From Kiritimatiellia bacterium (lineage in GTDB: Bacteria > Verrucomicrobiota > Kiritimatiellia > RFP12 > UBA1067): a DNA stretch of 64,000 nt. Of this stretch, positions 17,466 to 26,044 are shown piece by piece. Numbering within the stretch: the stretch's first letter is position 1; the number at the start of each line of letters is the position of its first letter. The notes under the pieces are model-generated. The model was not told the origin of the DNA and made no database searches. It saw only the letters and a program-made list of their open reading frames with translations. The stretch is from assembly GCA_045537795.1 (NCBI GenBank), contig JAZSQE010000065.1, positions 101,418 to 165,417 of the forward strand, written 5' to 3'. Made by a program: the position numbers and the translations under genes.

Positions 17466-19481
17466 ATGTCAGACACCGAAGCTTTGGCAAATCAATTGAA
17501 TGAATGCGTCGAAAAACGCGATTTCGCGGGAGCGTTCGCGCTTATAAGGGAAAATCAGGAGGGGCTCGCGAAAAAGTTGCAGGCCTCCGGCGTCAAGGAG
17601 GCTCTCAAGAGCGCGACTTCAGACAGGCTTTTGATTTCATTCGTCGACGGCGCGCTTTTCGGCGAAGTCCCTCTCGACAAGGCGCTCGTCGCGCTGGAAA
17701 AGCTCCTCTCCTTCAAACTCGGTTCGCTCGTTCTCAGCAAGGCGTGGGGATTGGGGACGGTCAAGAGGCTCGATTACTTCTACAAGCGCATTACCGTCGA
17801 TTTCAAGACGAAGCGCGGTCATCAGTTCACCTACGCCGCCGCCGTCGACATGCTCGAGTCTCCGAGCGAAGATCACATACTCGTTCTGCGCGAGGCCGAC
17901 CCCGCGCGTTTCGAAAAGATGCTCAAGGAGCAGCCCGGTGAATTCGTGAAGCGGGTGCTCAAGAGCTACGGCGATATGCCGATAGTGAAGCTCGAGGATG
18001 TCTGCGCCCAGAACGGTTTCGTCAAAAGCGTCAACTGGAAGAAATTCTGGGAAGCGGCGCGCGCCGAACTGCGCAAGGACGGCCTTGTGGAGATACCCGC
18101 CAAACGCACCGATCCGATCCGTCTCAAGGCGTCGGTCGAAGATTACGGCGACGGGTGGCTTACGGCGTTTTCCCACGAGACCGACCCGAAGCTCATTCTC
18201 TCTTCCGTGCGCGAATACGTTTCGCAGGGCAGGTTTAAGAGCGTCGGCGACGACGTCAAGGCCAAGTTCGAAGAGCGCCTTTCGTTCGCGGTCACGGCGG
18301 CCCGCAAAGTGGACGACGCCCTTTACGCGCGCCTCGCCTGCGAAGTGACGCTTCTCGGGCTTTCGAAGCCTTCCGCCGCGGAGATGCGCGAATATCTCTG
18401 GGAGCGCAAGCGCTTTATCGCCGCCGCCGCCCAGCTGCCTTCGCGCGATATCGGCGCGTTTCTGCGTTTCATGGCCGTAGACGACGAGGCGAAAGCGCGA
18501 CTCTACAGGGCGCTCGGCGAGTTCTGCTTCGCGGCCGTGTCGGAGATCGCGGCTATTTTCGGCGACGAGGCCGCGTGCCGCGAGGCGTTCGCGGCGTTGA
18601 TGAGGGAGCCCAAGGCTCCGCCGACGCTCGTGACTCTCATTGTCGGCAAGTATGAGGTTTTCGGCAAGTGGCAGGAACTGCCGTCGCTCATCACGATTCT
18701 CACGCACGCCATCGCGCTCGGAGAAGGGCGTCAGAGCGGCGAGACGCTCAAGATGCAGAATATCGTGCGCCGTCTTTTCGCCAACACCGACTGGCTCAAG
18801 AAAATATTCGGCTGGCTCGACGACAACGACAGAGCGCTTCTGTTCGAGCGCTTTCAGGCGTCGATCGCGTGGGAGGCTTCGACCCATCACGCGATCGTCG
18901 TGAGAATGACGAAGATCGCGCCCGAACTCGAGAAGCATTTCGTCAAGGTCGAGAAGAAGAAGGAGTACGCGCGCGTCACCTCGCCGCGCAGTTTCGCCCT
19001 CAGAAAGCGCGAATATCTCAAACTCATCAACGAAGACATGCCGGCGAACGTCAAGCGCATCGAATTCGCGAAGAGCTACGGAGACCTTTCCGAAAACGCC
19101 GAATATCAATACGCCAAGGACGAACAGCGCGCGCTCATGCAGAAGCAGACGCTCATGCAGGCGGATCTCGAGGCCGTCAAGCCCGGAGATTTCGCCGACG
19201 CGGCGTTCGACGAGGTGATGCCCGGCGTCAGTGTCGTCGTCGACACGAAGGACGGCGAAAAAACCTGGACGATTCTCGGAGAATGGGATAACGATCTCGA
19301 AAAAGGGATCATCTCTTCGAAGACGCGCGTCGCTCTGAATCTCATGGGCAAGAAGCCCGGCGACTCATTCGAGTTGCCCGATGCCGAAGGTGGCGTCTCG
19401 TTCGCGACGGTCAAGGAGATTAAAGCGCTTTCCGCGGACATCGTAGAGTGGATGAAGGTTCCCGAAGGGCTCGCGATTTGA
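17466..19481 (+). CDS. greA: GreA/GreB-family transcript cleavage factor with ~520 aa N-terminal extension
   Basis: The last ~145 aa form a complete Gre module: coiled-coil tip GDLSENAEYQYAKDEQ and C-terminal domain ISSKTRVALNLMGKKPGDSFEL. The start at MSDTEAL has the RBS AGGGAGACAAA. The long N-terminal region belongs to no family I recognise. Confidence 0.75.
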   Translation: MSDTEALANQLNECVEKRDFAGAFALIRENQEGLAKKLQASGVKEALKSATSDRLLISFVDGALFGEVPLDKALVALEKLLSFKLGSLVLSKAWGLGTVKRLDYFYKRITVDFKTKRGHQFTYAAAVDMLESPSEDHILVLREADPARFEKMLKEQPGEFVKRVLKSYGDMPIVKLEDVCAQNGFVKSVNWKKFWEAARAELRKDGLVEIPAKRTDPIRLKASVEDYGDGWLTAFSHETDPKLILSSVREYVSQGRFKSVGDDVKAKFEERLSFAVTAARKVDDALYARLACEVTLLGLSKPSAAEMREYLWERKRFIAAAAQLPSRDIGAFLRFMAVDDEAKARLYRALGEFCFAAVSEIAAIFGDEAACREAFAALMREPKAPPTLVTLIVGKYEVFGKWQELPSLITILTHAIALGEGRQSGETLKMQNIVRRLFANTDWLKKIFGWLDDNDRALLFERFQASIAWEASTHHAIVVRMTKIAPELEKHFVKVEKKKEYARVTSPRSFALRKREYLKLINEDMPANVKRIEFAKSYGDLSENAEYQYAKDEQRALMQKQTLMQADLEAVKPGDFADAAFDEVMPGVSVVVDTKDGEKTWTILGEWDNDLEKGIISSKTRVALNLMGKKPGDSFELPDAEGGVSFATVKEIKALSADIVEWMKVPEGLAI

Positions 19482-19532
19482 TAAAATAAGGCAGTTTCGC
19501 AAGATAGCAACCGACACAGGAGGGATGTCAAG

Positions 19533-20273
19533 ATGAAAAAAGAAGTGAAGAAGGCCGTTAAAAAAGCACCCGCCAAGAAGGCTACTGTCAAAAAGGTTGA
19601 AACCGCGAAGAAGGCGGCTCCCGCGAAGAAGGCGGCCGCGGCCAAAAAAGCCGTAGCCAAAAAACCGGCGAAAAGCCGCGTCGAGAAGAAGAGCGTCGAG
19701 ACCGCGGCGGAGCAGAAGTCCGCACGGCGCTCGCCGATCATAACAAAAACTCCCCAACAGGAATACGAGCCCGTTGACACCGCCAAGGCCGTCGCGTTCG
19801 CGATGTCCATCGCCGAGGAGATGAAACGCAGCGCGCAGCAAAAGGATATCGACAGGCAGCAGGACGAGATAAAACTTTCTCGCCGCCCCACGTCCCGTAC
19901 GCAAAAGGGCGTATCCGAGAAATTCCCCGTCGCCGACCTCAAGGAGTTCAAGAAACGGCTTCTCGCCGCCCGCGACAAGGCCGTAAAAGGCGTCGACGCG
20001 ATGAGGGCGACAGGGTTCAACGAGTCAGAAGATCACGAGGCCGACGGCGGTGACGGCACCAATCAGACGCTCCGTCTTCAGGCTCTCGGCCAGATGGGCA
20101 ATATCAACCGGACGATCCAGCAGATCGAAGAGGCTCTTCACCGTATCGACGACGGCACCTACGGCGTCTGCACCGTCTGCGGGCAGCTTATCCGCAAGCC
20201 CCGGCTCATGAACCAGCCGTTCGTTCTCACGTGCATGGAGTGCCAGAGCGAAATGGAGCGCGGCCTCAAGTGA
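19533..20273 (+). CDS. DksA/TraR C4 zinc-finger protein with Lys/Ala-rich histone-H1-like N-terminal tail
   Basis: The first ~60 aa are KKAxKK repeats (MKKEVKKAVKKAPAKKATVKKVETAKKAAPAKKAAAAKKAVAKKPAK). The C-terminus has CTVCGQ...CMEC, the four-Cys DksA/TraR finger. The RBS is AGGAGGG. Confidence 0.75.
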   Translation: MKKEVKKAVKKAPAKKATVKKVETAKKAAPAKKAAAAKKAVAKKPAKSRVEKKSVETAAEQKSARRSPIITKTPQQEYEPVDTAKAVAFAMSIAEEMKRSAQQKDIDRQQDEIKLSRRPTSRTQKGVSEKFPVADLKEFKKRLLAARDKAVKGVDAMRATGFNESEDHEADGGDGTNQTLRLQALGQMGNINRTIQQIEEALHRIDDGTYGVCTVCGQLIRKPRLMNQPFVLTCMECQSEMERGLK

Positions 20274-20734
20274 AACGTTTTCTGATCTCGTTCGTGATCG
20301 TATCCAACCTTGTGCTGATCGACGCGATCGTCAAAGAACTGGCCGTCGGCCTCCTGAAAGGGGCGGCGGCCGTTCCCGTCATCGACGGCTTTTTCAATCT
20401 TGCGTACGTCGAGAACCGCGGTTGCGCCTGGGGGATGTTTCAGGGGCAGGTTTGGCCGCTCGCCGTTTTCGGCATCGCGGCGCTCGCGTTTCTTCTTTGG
20501 AAGCGCAAAAGCGTTTTCGGAGCCGGTAAAATCGACGCCGTATGCGAAATTCTCCTTTACTCCGGCATAATCGGGAATTTGATCGACAGGATATTCCGGG
20601 GTCATGTCGTAGATATGTTCGATTTTTACTGGAGAGCGCATCATTTCCCGTGTTTCAATCTCGCCGATTCCTATATAACGGTCGCGGCCGTTTTGTTGAT
20701 AACTGCCCAGTTGACCGCCAAGCGTAAAATTTGA
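20270..20734 (+). CDS. lspA: lipoprotein signal peptidase II
   Basis: It has a GTG start overlapping the dksA-like stop (GTGA). Motifs FNLAYVENRGCAWGMF, GNLIDR and FNLADSYI are the conserved LspA boxes. Confidence 0.85.
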   Translation: MKRFLISFVIVSNLVLIDAIVKELAVGLLKGAAAVPVIDGFFNLAYVENRGCAWGMFQGQVWPLAVFGIAALAFLLWKRKSVFGAGKIDAVCEILLYSGIIGNLIDRIFRGHVVDMFDFYWRAHHFPCFNLADSYITVAAVLLITAQLTAKRKI

Positions 20735-20740
20735 TATAAT
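20711..20740 (+). promoter_or_regulatory. sigma70-like promoter for tRNA-Leu/tRNA-Glu pair
   Basis: TTGACC (20711-16), an 18 nt spacer, then TATAAT (20735-40) within TTTGATATAAT. The lspA TGA stop (20732-34) is the TGA of the extended -10. The tRNA starts 12 nt downstream. Confidence 0.6.
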
Positions 20741-20751
20741 TTCCGCCCGTA

Positions 20752-20836
20752 GCACCCGTGGTGAAATTGGCATACACGCCAGATTCAGGTTCTGGTGCCG
20801 CAAGGTGTGTGGGTTCAAATCCCACCGGGTGCACCA
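20752..20836 (+). tRNA. tRNA-Leu (anticodon CAG), class II with long variable arm, CCA encoded
   Basis: Hand-folded. The acceptor is GCACCCG/CGGGTGC, the anticodon stem CCAGA/TCTGG with loop TTCAGGT, and the T arm GTGGG-TTCAAAT-CCCAC. The 3' end is ACCA. Confidence 0.85.
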
Positions 20837-20845
20837 ATAACGCAC

Positions 20846-20920
20846 GGCCCCTTCGTCTATCGGCTAGGACATCTGGTTCTCATCCAGGCAAGAGGAGTTC
20901 GACTCTCCTAGGGGCTGCCA
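20846..20920 (+). tRNA. tRNA-Glu (anticodon CUC), CCA encoded
   Basis: Hand-folded. The acceptor is GGCCCCT/AGGGGCT (G1-U72), the anticodon stem TCTGG/CCAGG with loop TTCTCAT, and the T arm AGGAG-TTCGACT-CTCCT. The 3' end is GCCA. Confidence 0.8.
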
Positions 20921-20931
20921 AGCGGGGTGTT

Positions 20932-22488
20932 ATGAAGGGCTTGAGGTTTTTTTTCAGATTGATTTCGAGAACGGTGAAATGGATGTTCATCGTTCTTTGT
21001 GTTTTTATCTGTTCGTTGTTTTTCCGTCAGCAAAGCATTCCCGGCCGTTGGGTGACGGATCCGCTGGCGAAATATCTGCCGACGAATTTCGTCGCTTCCG
21101 TCGAATCGGTGACCGTGGGTTTCAGATACGGGGTGTCGGTCGAAGGATTCAGGCTCTACGACAGGAACAGCACGAACGTTTTCGAGACGCTGGCCGGGGC
21201 CGATCGTCTGGTTGTCGATTTTCTGCGCCGCAGGGTGACGGCGACGGGGCTTAAGTACGCGCAGCTTCCCGACGGATACTACGCGCCGGGAAATAAGGAG
21301 CGCAATTCGCGCGTTGAAGTGCCTTTTCCCGAGGCGGCGCCGTTCAAACTCGTTCTGGAGCGCCCTGAAATCCTCGGGCTGAAGCCCTCTCGCGTCGAAG
21401 CGAAGGTGACGTCGACGCCGCAGCGGCTCGACTTCAGCGATGTTTTCGTCAAGTGGCCCGAGGACGACGCGCGGATGGCGGTTTCGGGGTATTGCACGCT
21501 CGATATCGCCAGACAGCTCGTCCACGGCGAAGTGAAGGGTCTCGCCAGACAGTCGCACATCCGCCCGATGCTCGTTGCCATCGACGTCCCCGTTTCCCTT
21601 CCGTACATGGACGGTTTCACCGATGTCGCCGAACCGGTGGACGCGTTCTGCCGCTGGCAGGTCAATCTCGTCAACAACGATCTCGATCTCTGGCTCGATC
21701 TTCATCCGAGCGCGTGCAAATACAATTCGGTGGCGGTGGAAAGAGCCGACGGCAAAATCCACCTCCACAACTATACGCGCGGCGACTGCCTCAACTATAG
21801 GACGACGGTAGGCCCCGTGACGGCCGTTTCGGCGGCGAAGAAGAATCTTTCAGGCATCATCACGATAACGGGAACGAACCATTACAATATCGTCGACATT
21901 GACGCGAAGAGCGATATGCCTGTAGCCGAAGTTCTGAAAATCGCAGGTTTCGAAGACGAGTACGTGGATTACAATGTCTGCGGCACCATCATGGGCAAAC
22001 TCCAGTTTCGCTTTCCCAGATCGATGACGAACAACTACGAGGTCATGGACGGCTTCGGCCATATACGCGTCGAAAACGGCCAGCTCATGCGCATGAAGGG
22101 ATTTTCCGGGCTTATAGAACTTCTGGCGGACAAGGTGCCCGGCGTGGCGTACGTGACGGACCGCACGCAGGCCAAGGTCGACTACGTCATCGAGAAGGGG
22201 GTTCTCAAGACCGACGGCATCTACATCGAGGGAGGGCTTTTTTCGATGATGATGTACGGGACGTTCGACATAGCCGACGACAAGCTCGATTTCATCGTGC
22301 GCACGCAGTTTATGAAGGACAAGTCGCTGATGGCGACGATCGTGCGCCCGATAACGTGGGTTTTTTCGAAACTTCTTCTCGAGTTCAGATTGACGGGCAG
22401 TTCCGAAAAGCCCGTCTGGGAGTATGTAAGCGTCATCGACCGCGTCGTGGACGCCGTAGCCGCGGATAAAGAGGATAAAAAGAAATGA
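20932..22488 (+). CDS. membrane-anchored hypothetical protein, possibly AsmA/TamB-like
   Basis: The start is MKGLRFFFRLISRTVKWMFIVLCVFICSLFF, an N-terminal TM anchor. The C-terminal EFRLTGSSEKPVWEY resembles the AsmA-like C-terminal motif. The ORF-track start at 20758 runs through the tRNAs and is rejected. Confidence 0.5.
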   Translation: MKGLRFFFRLISRTVKWMFIVLCVFICSLFFRQQSIPGRWVTDPLAKYLPTNFVASVESVTVGFRYGVSVEGFRLYDRNSTNVFETLAGADRLVVDFLRRRVTATGLKYAQLPDGYYAPGNKERNSRVEVPFPEAAPFKLVLERPEILGLKPSRVEAKVTSTPQRLDFSDVFVKWPEDDARMAVSGYCTLDIARQLVHGEVKGLARQSHIRPMLVAIDVPVSLPYMDGFTDVAEPVDAFCRWQVNLVNNDLDLWLDLHPSACKYNSVAVERADGKIHLHNYTRGDCLNYRTTVGPVTAVSAAKKNLSGIITITGTNHYNIVDIDAKSDMPVAEVLKIAGFEDEYVDYNVCGTIMGKLQFRFPRSMTNNYEVMDGFGHIRVENGQLMRMKGFSGLIELLADKVPGVAYVTDRTQAKVDYVIEKGVLKTDGIYIEGGLFSMMMYGTFDIADDKLDFIVRTQFMKDKSLMATIVRPITWVFSKLLLEFRLTGSSEKPVWEYVSVIDRVVDAVAADKEDKKK

Positions 22489-23258
22489 ATCTGACGAGCC
22501 CGAGCCAGGTCAAGGCCTGGTGCATAGAAAACGAGTTTCATCCGAACAAGGTCCTCGGGCAGAATTTTCTCATCGACCGCAACCAGCTTGAGGCGATAGT
22601 CGACGCGGGGCTCGTCGGAGACAGCGTTCTCGAGGTCGGTCCCGGCCTCGGTGTCATGACGGAGGAGATGCTCCGTCGCGGCGCGCGCGTCTGCGCGATC
22701 GAAAAAGACCCCGTCCTCGCGGCGAGACTTAAGGAGTCTCTCGGCAACCCCGAAAACCTGACGGTCATCGCGGCCGACGCCCTGAAACACGAAGTCGGCG
22801 AAGATTTTACGTCGATGGTGTCGAATCTGCCCTATCAGGCCGGCACGAGGATTCTTCTTGAATATGTGAAGAAAAGAGCGTTTCCTGTGATGACCGTTCT
22901 CGTGCAGACGGAGGTCGCCGAGCGTCTCGCCGCGAAGGAAGGCTCGAAAACTCGCGGTCTTGCCGGAGTCTGGGCGCAGCTCGACTACGATGTCAAAGTT
23001 CTGCGCAAGGTGTCGGCGAGCTGCTTCTGGCCGCGACCCGAGATAGGCTCGAGCGTGGTGCAGCTCGTGCGTCACGACAGAAATATCGCGCTTTCCGCCG
23101 AAGAACGCGAACTTTTTTACGGTTTGACGAAGAAAGCGTTTGAACACAGGCGCAAACAGCTTGGCAGCGTTTTCAAAGATTTGATACAATCTACGGCGAG
23201 GGCGGAGGAGCTCTCGAACGAAGATTGGCTTCAATTAGTGAAAGGATTACTGAAATGA
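22485..23258 (+). CDS. rsmA: 16S rRNA (adenine1518/1519-N6)-dimethyltransferase
   Basis: It has LGQNFLIDRN and the SAM motif VLEVGPGLGVMT. The length is the typical 257 aa. There is an ATGA overlap with the upstream gene. Confidence 0.9.
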   Translation: MNLTSPSQVKAWCIENEFHPNKVLGQNFLIDRNQLEAIVDAGLVGDSVLEVGPGLGVMTEEMLRRGARVCAIEKDPVLAARLKESLGNPENLTVIAADALKHEVGEDFTSMVSNLPYQAGTRILLEYVKKRAFPVMTVLVQTEVAERLAAKEGSKTRGLAGVWAQLDYDVKVLRKVSASCFWPRPEIGSSVVQLVRHDRNIALSAEERELFYGLTKKAFEHRRKQLGSVFKDLIQSTARAEELSNEDWLQLVKGLLK

Positions 23259-24538
23259 CACCAGAAGAATTCCTGCAGGCGAACGGTTTTATCATGGCAT
23301 CTGACATCGATCGCCAGGGAATGATAGCGACCTTTCTCGGCGAAATGGAGAAGGGTCTCAAGGGCGAAGAATCGTCGCTCAGGATGATTCCCGCGTACGT
23401 CGGCGTCAACGGCAAAATCCCCGAAGGAGCGAAGGCCGCCGTTCTTGATGCTGGCGGGACGAACTTCCGCTCGGCGATAGTCTCGATACCTCCGTCGATC
23501 GAAGACAAGAAGAATCAGCCGATGCCCGGCGCGAAGAGCGATGTTTCGGAAGAAGAGTTCTATCAGGCTTTCGCGGACGAACTCAACCGCGTCAAGGACA
23601 AGGCGACCGTTTCGAAGTTCGGCTGGTGCTTCTCCTACAATGCCGACGTCACGCCCGAGCTCGATGCGAGGCTCAACTGCTGGACGAAGGGCATCCGCGC
23701 TCCCGCGATCGTCGGCCAGTACGTCGGCGCCGAGCTTTTGAAGCGCATGGGCGGCGGCAAAATCGCCATCGTCAACGACACCGTCGCGACGCTTCTCGCC
23801 GCGAAGGCCGTTGAAGGCGACAAGACGTATTCCTCCTATATCGGCTTCATTCTCGGCACCGGCACGAACACCGCGTACGTCGAAAAGAATTCGAACATAA
23901 CCAAGCTTTCCGGTCTCGAAGCGGGCGGTTCGATGATCATCAACGCCGAATCCGGTTCGTTCGACAAGCTCTCGCGCTCGAAATTCGACGACGCGATGGA
24001 TTCGAAGCAGATCGACTCCGGGCACAACCGCCTTGAGAAGATGATCGCGGGCGGCTATCTCGGCCCCGTGGGTCTCGAGGTGTACAAGGCGGCCGCCAAG
24101 GCCGGGCTCTTCTCCGCGAAAGCCGCCGCGGCCATCAGCGGTCTCGGCTCGCTCGAGACGATGGATTTCGACAATTTCTGCGCGTCGTTCCGCAAAGAAG
24201 GCCGCGACAATCCGCTCGACGCGATCTTCGCCGATCCCGACGACGCGAAGATGGCCCGCCGCCTCGGCACACCCGTCTTCGAGCGCGCCGCCGTGCTGAC
24301 GGCGATCCATCTCGCTGCGTTCTGCATCAAGTCCGGCGAAGGGGCGGATCCCGCCGCTCCGATCGCTATCAACGCCGACGGTTCGACGTACTACAAGACG
24401 CGCGCGATTCCTTTCGGCGACACGGTGAAGAAGGAACTCGACGACATGCTCGTCAAGCGCCGCAACATCCACTACGTCATCACCCCGCAGGTCGACGACG
24501 CGCCGATGGTCGGCGCAGCGATCGCGGCGATGCTCTGA
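23255..24538 (+). CDS. hexokinase-family sugar kinase (eukaryote-type hexokinase fold)
   Basis: It has LDAGGTNFRSAIV (hexokinase phosphate-1 motif) and IVNDTVATLLA. The start is set at the ATGA overlap with rsmA (MTPEEF). Confidence 0.75.
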   Translation: MTPEEFLQANGFIMASDIDRQGMIATFLGEMEKGLKGEESSLRMIPAYVGVNGKIPEGAKAAVLDAGGTNFRSAIVSIPPSIEDKKNQPMPGAKSDVSEEEFYQAFADELNRVKDKATVSKFGWCFSYNADVTPELDARLNCWTKGIRAPAIVGQYVGAELLKRMGGGKIAIVNDTVATLLAAKAVEGDKTYSSYIGFILGTGTNTAYVEKNSNITKLSGLEAGGSMIINAESGSFDKLSRSKFDDAMDSKQIDSGHNRLEKMIAGGYLGPVGLEVYKAAAKAGLFSAKAAAAISGLGSLETMDFDNFCASFRKEGRDNPLDAIFADPDDAKMARRLGTPVFERAAVLTAIHLAAFCIKSGEGADPAAPIAINADGSTYYKTRAIPFGDTVKKELDDMLVKRRNIHYVITPQVDDAPMVGAAIAAML

Positions 24539-25437
24539 TGAAAACGATGAAAACAGCGTCACGCGCCGTCATGGCGCTCGTCGCCGCCGCCTCCATGCGG
24601 GCGGCGGCTCTTGAAATCGACGCCGTCGCCGCGAAGGTCGGCACGGAGACGATTCTCAAAAGCGACGTCGTCAACGAAATGAACCGTCTCGGGGTCACCG
24701 CCGAGAAGTACAACGAGACGCGCAATTCGATGATCGACAGAAAGCTCATTCTCAAGGCCGCCGGCGAGGCGAAGATGACGATGCAGAGCTGGGTCGTCGA
24801 GAACCGCATCCGTGAAATCATCAAGAAGGGCTTCGGCGGAGACCGCAACAAGCTCATCAAGGCGCTTTCGGAGCAGAAGATATCCTACCCGGAATGGGCC
24901 GCCAGGATGAAGGAGGACATGATCGTCGCGGCGATGCGCTGGAACGTTGTCGACAAGAACGCCGTCGCGAGCCCGTCCGAAATGCGCGCGGAATACGAGA
25001 AGAATCCCAAGCGCTATACGTCCGGGCGCAGGGTGTCCGTGTCCGTGATTCTGCTGAAGCCCGAAGACGCCGCCAAGCGCGATGAAATCAAAGCGAAGCT
25101 CAAGGACTCCGGTTTCGCGGAACTGGCCAGGCGTTATTCGGCCGACAGCCGCGCGGCGCAGGGCGGTCTCTGGAAGGACATCAAGAGCGAGGATGTTTTC
25201 AGACCCGAGATATGCAAAGAGATCGCCGCAATGCCCAAAGGGACGATCAGCGACTGGATAGAAATCGACGGCTGGAGTTTTCTGCTTCGCAAAGAAGACG
25301 AGTCGGGCGGCAAGGCGAGATCGTTCGCCGAAGCGTACGACGACATCGAGCGCAACGTCATCGAAGAGAAATCGAAAAAAATTTACGACGCGTGGATATC
25401 CCGTCTGCGCGAAGAGACATACGTTAAGGTTTACTGA
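24538..25437 (+). CDS. secreted parvulin-type peptidyl-prolyl isomerase (SurA/PrsA-like)
   Basis: It has the signal peptide MKTMKTASRAVMALVAAASMRAAA. The PpiC domain reads VSVSVILLK...FAELARRYSADSRAAQGGLWKDI...GWSFLL. Confidence 0.75.
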   Translation: MKTMKTASRAVMALVAAASMRAAALEIDAVAAKVGTETILKSDVVNEMNRLGVTAEKYNETRNSMIDRKLILKAAGEAKMTMQSWVVENRIREIIKKGFGGDRNKLIKALSEQKISYPEWAARMKEDMIVAAMRWNVVDKNAVASPSEMRAEYEKNPKRYTSGRRVSVSVILLKPEDAAKRDEIKAKLKDSGFAELARRYSADSRAAQGGLWKDIKSEDVFRPEICKEIAAMPKGTISDWIEIDGWSFLLRKEDESGGKARSFAEAYDDIERNVIEEKSKKIYDAWISRLREETYVKVY

Positions 25438-25439
25438 AA

Positions 25440-26039
25440 ATGAATATTGTCTGTCTTGACCTCGAAGGGGTGCTCGTTCCCGAGATATGGATCGCGTTCG
25501 CGGAAGAAACGGGCATACCCGAATTCGCCCGCACCACCCGCGACGAACCCGATTACGGCAAACTCATGCGCTACAGGCTCGACCTTCTCGAGAAGCATTC
25601 GCTCGGTCTCGATGAGATTCAGTCGGTCATCGCGAAGATAGAGCCCATGGCGGGCGCGAAGGATTTTCTCGATGCCCTGCGCGAGCGCGTGCAGACGGTG
25701 ATAATTTCCGACACGTTCGCCGAATTCGCCAAGCCCCTCATGAAGAAACTCGGCTGGCCGACGCTCATGTGCAATTCGCTCGAGGTCGGCGAAGGCGGTA
25801 AAATCACCGGGTGGAAGATGCGCTGCGAAAAGTCGAAACTGACGACCGTGAAGGCTCTTCAGTCGTGCGGCTTCGAGACGATCGCCGCGGGCGACAGTTT
25901 CAACGATCTCGCGATGATACGCGCGTCGAAGGCCGGTTTTCTTTTCCGTGCGCCCGATTCGATAAAGGCGGACAATCCCGATCTGCCCGCGTTCGAGACG
26001 TACGACGATTTCTTCGCCGGGATAACAGGCGCGTTGTAA
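25440..26039 (+). CDS. thrH: phosphoserine phosphatase / homoserine phosphotransferase ThrH
   Basis: The start MNIVCLDLEGVLVPEIWIAFAEETGIPE is nearly identical in pattern to the Pseudomonas ThrH N-terminus. It also has ISDTF...AAGDSFND, the HAD motifs. Confidence 0.8.
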   Translation: MNIVCLDLEGVLVPEIWIAFAEETGIPEFARTTRDEPDYGKLMRYRLDLLEKHSLGLDEIQSVIAKIEPMAGAKDFLDALRERVQTVIISDTFAEFAKPLMKKLGWPTLMCNSLEVGEGGKITGWKMRCEKSKLTTVKALQSCGFETIAAGDSFNDLAMIRASKAGFLFRAPDSIKADNPDLPAFETYDDFFAGITGAL

Positions 26040-26044
26040 TCGAG

